DNA from: Actinomycetes bacterium | GTDB lineage: Bacteria; Actinomycetota; Acidimicrobiia; Acidimicrobiales; Microtrichaceae | Direction of reading: 5' to 3' | Assembly (NCBI GenBank): GCA_023450775.1 | Contig: JAEXGP010000320.1 | Coordinates: 1-42,688 of the forward strand | Length of the DNA stretch: 42,688 bases | Shown: in pieces, positions 1-7,484 of the stretch | How the letters are laid out: every line of letters starts with the position of its first letter | How positions within the stretch are numbered: position 1 is the stretch's first letter | Translations under genes and position numbers: made by a program | The notes under the pieces: generated by a model | Databases searched by the model: none | What the model was told of the DNA's origin: nothing | Seen by the model: the letters and a program-made list of their open reading frames with translations, nothing else

Positions 1-1
1 G

Positions 2-1048
2 GCCGGCGGTGCCCAGGCCGGCGGTGCCCAGACGGGCGTCGCCGCTGCCGATCGCTGGGAGGTCGTGTCGAGCAGCGGGGACGGCCCGCCGCTCCGACCC
101 GGCGACGGTGCGGTGCGCACGGTGTCGGACGACGGCGACTGGGTGCTGGTGCTGCGCGGCGACCTGGATGCGGGCGGCGTCGAGCTGCTCGAGACGCTGG
201 TCGACCAGGTGGGTGTCGCCGTGGACGCGATGCGTCTCCGGGAGGACGCTGCGGCCGCCGAGGCGTTGCTGCGCGCCGAGGAGCTGCGCACGGGCATCCT
301 CCAGGCGGTGTCGCACGACCTGCGCACCCCGCTCGCCGGCATCAAGGCGTCGGTCACCTCGCTGCTGTCGCCCGACATGACGTTCGGACCCGAGGACACG
401 CGGGAGTTCCTGACGTTGATCGACCACGAGGTCGACCGTCTGGACCGCGTGGTGGGCAACCTGCTCGACATGAGTCGTCTGCAGTCGGGCGGCCTGCGCG
501 TGCTGCGGCTGCCGACCCCGGTGGAGGACGTGCTCGGCGCCGCGGTCGCGGGTGTGGACGATCCCGCCGGCCACCGGGTCGAGCTGCGGGTGCCGCCTGA
601 CCTGCCGCTCGTCGACGTGGACCCGGCGCTGACCGAGCGGGCCGTCGCCAACGTGGTCGCCAACGCGCTGGCCGTGCAACCCGAGGGCGAGCCGGTCGTC
701 GTCGACGCCGCGGTGGTGGGCGACCGGGTCCACGTGCGCGTGGTCGACCGCGGCCCCGGCATCCGTCCCGCGGACCGTGCCCGCGTGCGGGCACCGTTCC
801 AACGCCTCGGGGACCGGTCCAACCAGGCGGGGGTGGGGCTCGGGCTCGCCATCGCCCACGGGTTCACCGTCACCGTCGGCGGCCGGTTGGAGCTCGAGGA
901 CACACCCGGCGGCGGGCTGACCGTGGTGTTCGAGCTGCCGATCGCCGTGCTCGCCGACGAGCAGCGCGTCGAGCGTGCCGCACCCGTCGCGCCCGGCGAC
1001 GAGTTGGCACCGACCCCGCTGGTCGTGACCGACCGAGGCACTCCATGA
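2..1048 (+). CDS. kdpD: KdpD-type sensor histidine kinase, C-terminal part (5'-truncated by window edge)
   Basis: Frame is open from base 2. H-box 'ILQAVSHDLRTPLAGIK', N-box 'ANVVANA', G1 'DRGPGI', G2 'GVGLGLAIAHG'. Stop overlaps the kdpE start (ATGA). Confidence 0.85.
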   Translation, partial: AGGAQAGGAQTGVAAADRWEVVSSSGDGPPLRPGDGAVRTVSDDGDWVLVLRGDLDAGGVELLETLVDQVGVAVDAMRLREDAAAAEALLRAEELRTGILQAVSHDLRTPLAGIKASVTSLLSPDMTFGPEDTREFLTLIDHEVDRLDRVVGNLLDMSRLQSGGLRVLRLPTPVEDVLGAAVAGVDDPAGHRVELRVPPDLPLVDVDPALTERAVANVVANALAVQPEGEPVVVDAAVVGDRVHVRVVDRGPGIRPADRARVRAPFQRLGDRSNQAGVGLGLAIAHGFTVTVGGRLELEDTPGGGLTVVFELPIAVLADEQRVERAAPVAPGDELAPTPLVVTDRGTP

Positions 1049-1752
1049 GCAGGGTCCTGGTCGTCGACGACGAGCCGCAGATCCGCAAGGCGCTGTCGGT
1101 GACGCTGCGCGCGAGCGGCTACGACGTCGACGTCGTCGGCACCGGCGAGGAGGCGCTGACCCGCGTCGCCGGTTCGCACCCCGATGCGGTGATCCTGGAC
1201 CTCGGCCTGCCTGGCATCGACGGCATCGACGTGATCGAGGGGCTGCGGGGCTGGACCGACGTGCCGATCGTGGTGCTGTCGGTCCGCGGCGAGGAGTCCG
1301 ACAAGATCGCCGCGCTCGATGCCGGCGCCGACGACTACGTGACCAAGCCGTTCGGCATGGGCGAGCTGCTGGCCCGGCTCCGGGTGGTGCTGCGACGCCA
1401 GCAGCCCGACACGTCGGTCGCCTCGGTGGTCACGCGCGACTTCACGATCGACCTCGCCGCTCGGCGCGTGACCCTGCAACGCGACGGAACGGAGGAGGAG
1501 GTGCGGCTGACGCCGATCGAGTGGGGGCTCGCCGAGCGGCTGGTCACCAACCCCGGACGGCTGCTCACCCAGCGCCAGCTGCTCACCGAGATCTGGGGTC
1601 CCGGGGTGAGCGACCAGACGCAGTACCTGCGCGTCCACATGTCGAACCTGCGCCACAAGCTCGAACCCGACCCGTCGCGACCTCGCTACTTCCACACGGA
1701 ATCGGGCATGGGCTACCGCTTCGAGCCGACGCCGATCAGCACCGCACCCTGA
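1045..1752 (+). CDS. kdpE: KdpE-type OmpR-family response regulator
   Basis: Receiver 'VLVVDDEPQI...LDLGLPGIDG...GADDYVTKPF'. Winged helix ends 'YLRVHMSNLRHKLEPDPSRPRYFHTESGMGYRF', typical of KdpE. Confidence 0.9.
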   Translation: MSRVLVVDDEPQIRKALSVTLRASGYDVDVVGTGEEALTRVAGSHPDAVILDLGLPGIDGIDVIEGLRGWTDVPIVVLSVRGEESDKIAALDAGADDYVTKPFGMGELLARLRVVLRRQQPDTSVASVVTRDFTIDLAARRVTLQRDGTEEEVRLTPIEWGLAERLVTNPGRLLTQRQLLTEIWGPGVSDQTQYLRVHMSNLRHKLEPDPSRPRYFHTESGMGYRFEPTPISTAP

Positions 1753-1773
1753 TCGACGCCGCCTGGGAGCTCG

Positions 1774-4380
1774 CTAGTGGGGGAGCGGGTTGCGCTCGGA
1801 GGTGCGGTTGAGCGCCTCGGCGACGAGCTTCTCGAGCGGGAGCGATCGGCCGAGCCGCCACGCCCGCTCGAGCTCGTCGGGGTCCATGGCGGCACGGAGG
1901 CGCTCGACGCTCTCGTCGTGGAGCGGCTGCAGGAACGGGAGGATGGCCAGGCCCGTCGCCTCGCGCTGCAGCTCGGCGGCGCCGTGCAGCAGCGCCGACC
2001 ACTCCGGTTCGCCGTGCGCGCTGGCCAGGTTGGCGAGCAGCTGGATGCTCTCGCCCAGGCCGCGTGCGTCCCGGATGGACCACCGCAGCTCCAGGCTCTC
2101 GGTGATCGGGCCCACGGCGGCGCGGGTGTCGCCCTCCATGATCGAGACGATGCCGACGCTGAACTGCGCCCACGCGATGCCCCACGGCTGCAGCATGAGG
2201 CGCGTCAGGTCGAGCGACCTCTGCAGCTCGGTGCGCATGGCGACCAGGTCGCCCTCCAGGAAGCGGGCGTAGGCGAGGCCGAAGTGGGCCAGCCCGCGCA
2301 GGAAGATCGCGTCGAGTCGCGTGGCGATCTCCAGGCTCTCGCCGAACAGCTCGGCGGTGCGCTCGGCGTTCCCCAGGCTGAACACGACGTTGCCGAGCTC
2401 GGCGGCCGTCCAGCCCACCTCCAGCTCGGTGCCGTGCTCCCGCACGAGTTGGAGGCCTTCCTCCATCAGCTCCTCCGCCCGCTCGAAGTCGCCCTGCAGC
2501 GCGACGACCCATCCGAACGAGCTGAGCGCCCGGCCGCGGACCGCGGAGCGCACGTCGGGGACCAGTGCGAGCAGCTCGGTGAGCCGGCGCTCGCCCTCCC
2601 GGTACTGGCCGCCGACGTCCCAGTAGGGCCACATGGCCGCGGCGATCCTGCACCCGAGGAGTGGATCGCCCGCGCCGGCGGCGTGGTCCATCGCGGTCCG
2701 CAGGTTGTCGTGCTCCGAGTCGAGCAGCGCGAGCCAGTCGGGCATCTCGCTGGTCCAGAACCCGTGCCATGCCTGCTCGGCCAGGGCGACGTGGAACTCC
2801 AGGTGGCGGTCCCACGTGGCCTCGGCCTCGCCCGCCTTGACGAGCTGCTCGACCGCGTACTCGCGGATGGTCTCGAGCACCGTGAAGCGCACGCGGTCCG
2901 AGGTGGCGCCGTCGGCGTCGACCGACGACACCACCAGCGACCGGTCGACCAGGCTCTCGATGATGTCGAGCACCCGGAGCGGGTCGACGTCGTCGCCCGA
3001 GCAGACGTGCTCCGCCGCGTCGATGCCGGCGCCGCCGGCGAACACGCCGAGGCGGCGGAAGACGGCCTTCTCGTCGGGCTCGAGGTGGTCGTGGCTCCAC
3101 GCGATCGTGGAGCGCATGGTCCGGTGCCGCTCGGGCAGATCGGGCGACGAACCGGCCAGCGAGTCGAGCCGGTGCTCGAGCCGGGCCAGCAGGTCCGCCG
3201 GCTGCTGCACGCGCATTCGGGCGGCTGCCAGCTCGAGCGCCAGCGGCAGGCCGTCGAGCCGCCGGACGATCTCGGCGATGATCGCCACGTTGGCCTCGTC
3301 GAGCCGGAACCGCGGACGCACCCTCCGCACCCGTTCCACGAGAAGGTCGACCGCCGGCGACGCCGCTACCGCGTCGAGCGTGGCCTGCTCGTCGGCGTCC
3401 GGTACGGCGAGGGGCAGCAGCGGGAACTCCTGCTCCCAGCGCAGGCGCAGCGCCTGACGGCTGGTCACCAGCATCCGCACCGCATCCGTCGCGGCGAGCA
3501 CGTCGGCCAGGTCGTTGGCCGCCGCGACCACGTGCTCGAAGTTGTCGATGACGAGCAGCACCTGCTCGCCGTGGAGCACGGTGGCGATGGCGTCGACCAG
3601 CGAGCGGTCACCGGCCTCCTTGATGCCGACGCTCGCGGCGATCGTCGGCAGCACCAGCCCGGGATCGCGCAGGCCGGTGAGGTCGACCCACACGACCCGC
3701 TGGTCGCCCCGTTCCCGGCACCGGCGAGCCACCTCGATCGCCAGCCGGGTCTTCCCGCTGCCGCCGGAACCGGTGATCGTCACCAGTCGGGCCTCGCTGT
3801 CGCAGACCAGCTCGTCGAGCGTGGCCAGCTCGAGGTCGCGGCCGATGATCGCGGAGGGCGGCTGCGGGAGGCTGGGGTCCTTGGTCGACTCGGTCTGCTC
3901 CGCCCCGGCGTTGCGGCTGACCGACGTCTCGAACACCTCGCTGAGCATCACCGCCAGGTCGGTCTCGACGAGCTCGCGCAGCTCCTCGGGAGTGGAGAAC
4001 GAGCGGTACGAGGTGGAGCCGTCGTCGCGGATCCGGTCGAGCAGCTCCACCAGTCGCTCGTCGCGGTGGTCCGAGTCCTTGATGTAGACGAGCTTCGGGT
4101 GGTCCTTGGCCAGCACCCACTCGTGCTCCAGACCGGAGATGTCCATGTCGGGCGCCACCCAGCCGTAGCGCTCCCAGTAGAGGCCCAGGAACACGTGGGA
4201 CTGGTCCAGGTACGCCTGGTAGAGGTCGGCCGGCGGATGGGGCCGGGCGCCGAGCTCGAACATGACGGGCACGAGCCGCAGCCGGGTGATCGCCTCCTTC
4301 ACGGCCGCGCGCTCGGGGGCCATCTCCTGCAGGGTCGAGCTCACGAAGACCCGGAGGCGCTGGTCCGGAGTGCGGATCAC
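1774..4380 (-). CDS. DUF4062-domain + STAND (NB-ARC-like) ATPase + TPR-repeat protein
   Basis: N-terminal 'LRVFVSSTLQEMAPERAAV...FLGLYWERYGW...SGLEHEW' (DUF4062). Walker A GSGGSGKT, Walker B LLVIDNFEHV, 'LDGLPLALELAAAR', then helical TPR-like repeats. Start moved to GTG 4380, which has a CATACT -10-like hexamer 8 nt upstream. Confidence 0.85.
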   Translation of the reverse strand: MIRTPDQRLRVFVSSTLQEMAPERAAVKEAITRLRLVPVMFELGARPHPPADLYQAYLDQSHVFLGLYWERYGWVAPDMDISGLEHEWVLAKDHPKLVYIKDSDHRDERLVELLDRIRDDGSTSYRSFSTPEELRELVETDLAVMLSEVFETSVSRNAGAEQTESTKDPSLPQPPSAIIGRDLELATLDELVCDSEARLVTITGSGGSGKTRLAIEVARRCRERGDQRVVWVDLTGLRDPGLVLPTIAASVGIKEAGDRSLVDAIATVLHGEQVLLVIDNFEHVVAAANDLADVLAATDAVRMLVTSRQALRLRWEQEFPLLPLAVPDADEQATLDAVAASPAVDLLVERVRRVRPRFRLDEANVAIIAEIVRRLDGLPLALELAAARMRVQQPADLLARLEHRLDSLAGSSPDLPERHRTMRSTIAWSHDHLEPDEKAVFRRLGVFAGGAGIDAAEHVCSGDDVDPLRVLDIIESLVDRSLVVSSVDADGATSDRVRFTVLETIREYAVEQLVKAGEAEATWDRHLEFHVALAEQAWHGFWTSEMPDWLALLDSEHDNLRTAMDHAAGAGDPLLGCRIAAAMWPYWDVGGQYREGERRLTELLALVPDVRSAVRGRALSSFGWVVALQGDFERAEELMEEGLQLVREHGTELEVGWTAAELGNVVFSLGNAERTAELFGESLEIATRLDAIFLRGLAHFGLAYARFLEGDLVAMRTELQRSLDLTRLMLQPWGIAWAQFSVGIVSIMEGDTRAAVGPITESLELRWSIRDARGLGESIQLLANLASAHGEPEWSALLHGAAELQREATGLAILPFLQPLHDESVERLRAAMDPDELERAWRLGRSLPLEKLVAEALNRTSERNPLPH

Positions 4381-4469
4381 CGACCGAAAGTATGTCGGAC
4401 CGACCTCGGCAAGTGAACGGCTGCTGCCCCGTCCTCCCACGTCGCTGGACGACCGACGACCGCGGCTGT

Positions 4470-4509
4470 GTTCCCGACCTGGCACCCAGGAAGGTGCCCG
4501 ATCGGGAAC
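4470..4509. repeat. 40-bp imperfect palindrome (REP-like hairpin or terminator)
   Basis: GTTCCCGA-cct-GGCACC-cagga-aGGTGCC-cga-TCGGGAAC, just downstream of the ABC ATPase stop codon. Confidence 0.5.
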
Positions 4510-4528
4510 GAAGCGGGCGGCGTGGTCG

Positions 4529-5275
4529 TCACTGCGGGTCGACGACCTTGCCGTCGTCCATGTGGATGATCCGGTCCGCCGCGTTGGCCACGTGGTCGTC
4601 GTGTGTGACGACGACGATCGTGACGTCCTCCTCCGACCGCAGGTGCTCCATGAGCTCGAGCACCAGGTCGACCGATCGGCTGTCGAGCGAGCCGGTGGGT
4701 TCGTCGGCCAGCAGCAGTCCCGGTCGGTTTGCCAGGGCGCGGGCGATCGCCACCCGCTGACGCTCGCCGCCCGACATCTGCGGCGGCCGGCGGTGACCGA
4801 GGTGGCCCAGGTCGACCAGCTCGAGCAGCTCCCGCGCCCGCTCGGTCCGCTCCCGGCGGTTGGTGTGGCTGCCCATCATGGCGACCCCGATGTTGGCCAT
4901 GGCGTCGAGGTGGGGGAGCAGGTTGTGCATCTGGAACACCAGCCCGACCTCGGTGCGCCGGTAGCGGTTCACGTGGTCGGGGTGCGTGATGTCGTGGCCC
5001 TCGACGTGCAGCGACCCGCTGTCGGGATGGTCGAGCGCGGCGAGCAGGTGCAGGAGGGTGGACTTGCCGCATCCGGAGCGTCCGGTGACCGCCACGTACT
5101 CGCCCGACCGCACGGTCATCGTGAGGCCGTCGAGCGCGGTGACCACGCCGCGGTCGAACGTCTTGCGGACGTCGATGGCCTCGATGGCGGGTGGCGTCAG
5201 CGTGGCGGTGGCGCCGGTGGCGCCGGTGGTGGCACCCGTCGAGCCCGCCTGCGGTCGGTCAGTCGGATCACTCAC
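4529..5275 (-). CDS. ABC transporter ATP-binding protein (LolD/MacB-like)
   Basis: Walker A GRSGCGKST, signature MSGGERQRVAIARAL, Walker B LLLADEPTGSLD, 'VVVTHD'. Confidence 0.92.
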   Translation of the reverse strand: MSDPTDRPQAGSTGATTGATGATATLTPPAIEAIDVRKTFDRGVVTALDGLTMTVRSGEYVAVTGRSGCGKSTLLHLLAALDHPDSGSLHVEGHDITHPDHVNRYRRTEVGLVFQMHNLLPHLDAMANIGVAMMGSHTNRRERTERARELLELVDLGHLGHRRPPQMSGGERQRVAIARALANRPGLLLADEPTGSLDSRSVDLVLELMEHLRSEEDVTIVVVTHDDHVANAADRIIHMDDGKVVDPQ

Positions 5276-6386
5276 GGCGCATCGCCTCCTGTGGTGAGAG
5301 CCGCGCGGCGCGCAGCGCCGGGTAGAGCGCGCCGATCGCCGTCACCGCGGTCGCGGTGACGAGCGCTCGGCCGAACACCCAGGCCTCGAACGTCGGTTTG
5401 AGGACGCCTTGCAGGTCCGGCAGGTCGGCGAGCACCCACACGGCCGCGAAGCCCAGTCCGACGCCCAGGCACGCGCCGATGAAGGCGATGATCGCCGCCT
5501 CGCCGAAGATCAGCGCGACGAGCCGCTTGCGCGACCAGCCGATCGCCCGCAGCACACCGAACTCGCGGTAGCGCTCCACCAGCGACAGGAGCATGGCGTT
5601 GGCGACGACGATCGCGCCGACCACGATGGCCACGATCGTGGCGGCGCGGTCGGCGCCGCTGATGAGCTGGTAGCTGCGGTCGGCGCGGCCGAACTCGAGC
5701 AGGTTCTGGATGCCGATCAGGACGGGGTTCTCGTCCTCGATCCGCCGTTCCAGTTGCGCGACCTTGGTGCCCTTGTCGACCTTGACGAAGAAGAGGGACA
5801 GCCCGCCCGGCTGACGCTCGTACGCCTGGAACGGCACCAGCGGGAACATGATGGCGCTGTCGCCGAACGTGTTGCCGGTGTTGAAGACGCCGACCACCGT
5901 CCGGTCCGCGTCGGCGATGTGGATGGTGTCACCCGGCCCGATGTTCAGGTCCTGGGCCAGTCGGATGCCGACCATGATCTCGTCCTCGGCCTCCGCGGTG
6001 AACGGCCGGCCGGCGGCCACCCGGACGCCGAACGGCTCCAGGTCCTCGGGCCGGATCCCGACCTCGACCACCAGCGGGTGCGCGTCGTCGAGCTTGTCCG
6101 TGCTGAGCAGCACACCGGTCGCGCTGCTCACGCCGGGAGTGGCTCGGACCCGCTCGAGCTGTTGCTCCGTGAGCGCGCTCTCCAGGATGTCGTTGAGGCC
6201 CTTCTGCGAGATCGTGAAGTCGGCGGCACCCACCTCGAGCACACCCGCGGCGGTGGTGCGGATGCTGTCGGTCACGATCCCGAGCGTGACGACGACCAGC
6301 ACGCCGATGGCCACGGCGAACGCGGTCAGCATCGACCGGACCTTCTTGGACCAGACGTTGTGACCGATCAACCAGATGAACGACAT
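5268..6386 (-). CDS. ABC transporter permease (MacB/FtsX family)
   Basis: ATG 6386 gives 'MSFIWLIGHNVWSKKVRSMLTAFAVAIG', a large extracytoplasmic domain, and the FtsX motif 'LLSLVERYREFGVLRAIGWSR...ALYPALRAARLSP'. Overlaps the ATPase start. Confidence 0.9.
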   Translation of the reverse strand: MSFIWLIGHNVWSKKVRSMLTAFAVAIGVLVVVTLGIVTDSIRTTAAGVLEVGAADFTISQKGLNDILESALTEQQLERVRATPGVSSATGVLLSTDKLDDAHPLVVEVGIRPEDLEPFGVRVAAGRPFTAEAEDEIMVGIRLAQDLNIGPGDTIHIADADRTVVGVFNTGNTFGDSAIMFPLVPFQAYERQPGGLSLFFVKVDKGTKVAQLERRIEDENPVLIGIQNLLEFGRADRSYQLISGADRAATIVAIVVGAIVVANAMLLSLVERYREFGVLRAIGWSRKRLVALIFGEAAIIAFIGACLGVGLGFAAVWVLADLPDLQGVLKPTFEAWVFGRALVTATAVTAIGALYPALRAARLSPQEAMRRE

Positions 6387-6494
6387 GGCGACTCCCTCGT
6401 CGCGTGTACGCCCCAGCTGCTGGTGGTCCCGCTCCCGTAGTGTGCCGCGCCGGACGCCGGGGCGGCCGGATGTCTTGCGTGGAACACTGCCGGG

Positions 6495-7358
6495 ATGACC
6501 CAGCTCACCGGCACCGGCATCTGGAGCGCGGCGCTGCGCTACGGCGACGTGGAGGTCGCCCGCACCGCGGCGGCCGAGCTCGAATCGCTCGGCTACTCCG
6601 CGATCTGGCTGCCCGACGTGGGCGGCGACGTGTGGACGCCGCTCGACGCCGTGCTCGGCGCGACCAGCTCCACGACCGTCGCCACGGGCATCCTCAACAT
6701 CTGGATGCACGAGCCGGCCGACGCCGCCGCGCAGTTCCAGCGGCTGACCGCGGAGCACGGTCCGCGGTTCCTGATGGGGCTCGGCGTCAGCCACGGTCCG
6801 TTCATCAACGCGACCGGCAAGGGCAACTACTCGAAGCCGCTGACGCACATGCGCGAGTACCTCGACGGACTGGACGCCGCTCCGGAGCCGGTCCCGTCGA
6901 CCGACCGGGTGCTCGCCGCGCTGGGCCCGAAGATGCTCGAGCTCGCCCGGACCCGCGCCGCCGGGACCCACCCGTACCTGGTCGTGCCCGAGCACACCGC
7001 CGCGGCGCGAGCCGCGCTCGGTGACGGACCGCTCGTCGCGCCGGAGCAGGGCGTCGTGCTGTCGACCGATCCGACCCACGCCCGGGAGGTGGCCCGCCAG
7101 CACCTGTCGGTCTACGTCACGCTCCCGAACTACGCGATCAACTGGTTCCGCCTGGGCTTCACCGAGGAGGACACGCTCGACGGCGGCAGCGACCGGTTGG
7201 TGGACGCCCTGGTCGTGTGGGGCGACGAGGACGCCATCCTCGCCCGCGTGCAGGAGCACCGCGATGCCGGCGCCGACCACGTGTGCCTGCAGGTCCTGGG
7301 CGAGGACCTGCCGATGGAGGACTGGCGTCGCCTCGCCCCGGTCGTCACCAGCGTTTGA
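6495..7358 (+). CDS. LLM-class (probably F420-dependent) oxidoreductase
   Basis: 'ELESLGYSAIW', 'TVATGILNIW', 'GPRFLMGLGVSH', 'LAALGPKMLELA', 'AGADHVCLQ' match actinobacterial luciferase-like F420 enzymes. Confidence 0.88.
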   Translation: MTQLTGTGIWSAALRYGDVEVARTAAAELESLGYSAIWLPDVGGDVWTPLDAVLGATSSTTVATGILNIWMHEPADAAAQFQRLTAEHGPRFLMGLGVSHGPFINATGKGNYSKPLTHMREYLDGLDAAPEPVPSTDRVLAALGPKMLELARTRAAGTHPYLVVPEHTAAARAALGDGPLVAPEQGVVLSTDPTHAREVARQHLSVYVTLPNYAINWFRLGFTEEDTLDGGSDRLVDALVVWGDEDAILARVQEHRDAGADHVCLQVLGEDLPMEDWRRLAPVVTSV

Positions 7359-7484
7359 TTGTCCCATCGGTATCCGGGCGTCGCGATCCGACGCTCCTCG
7401 TACGGGCGTGACCGCCATCCGCTGCGACGGTGTGAGCGATGCTTCGGTCGTTCGCTCGGCCTGCTCATGCCACAATCGCGGACC

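Noticed and set aside
1..30. 15-bp tandem duplication GGCCGGCGGTGCCCA x2
   Set aside because: In-frame AGGAQ linker duplication in kdpD at the window edge; no further significance evident.
5268..7475. ORF-track N-terminal extensions (735-aa permease; also 13960, 27726, 30363-32333, 31331, 36399 starts) as fusion proteins
   Set aside because: The extensions overlap real genes on other frames or strands; downstream starts with RBS, -10 or stop-start overlaps explain the genes.
7359..7484. Attachment-site direct repeats at the island borders (compared with 16702-16795)
   Set aside because: No shared sequence found by eye; only short local hairpins.
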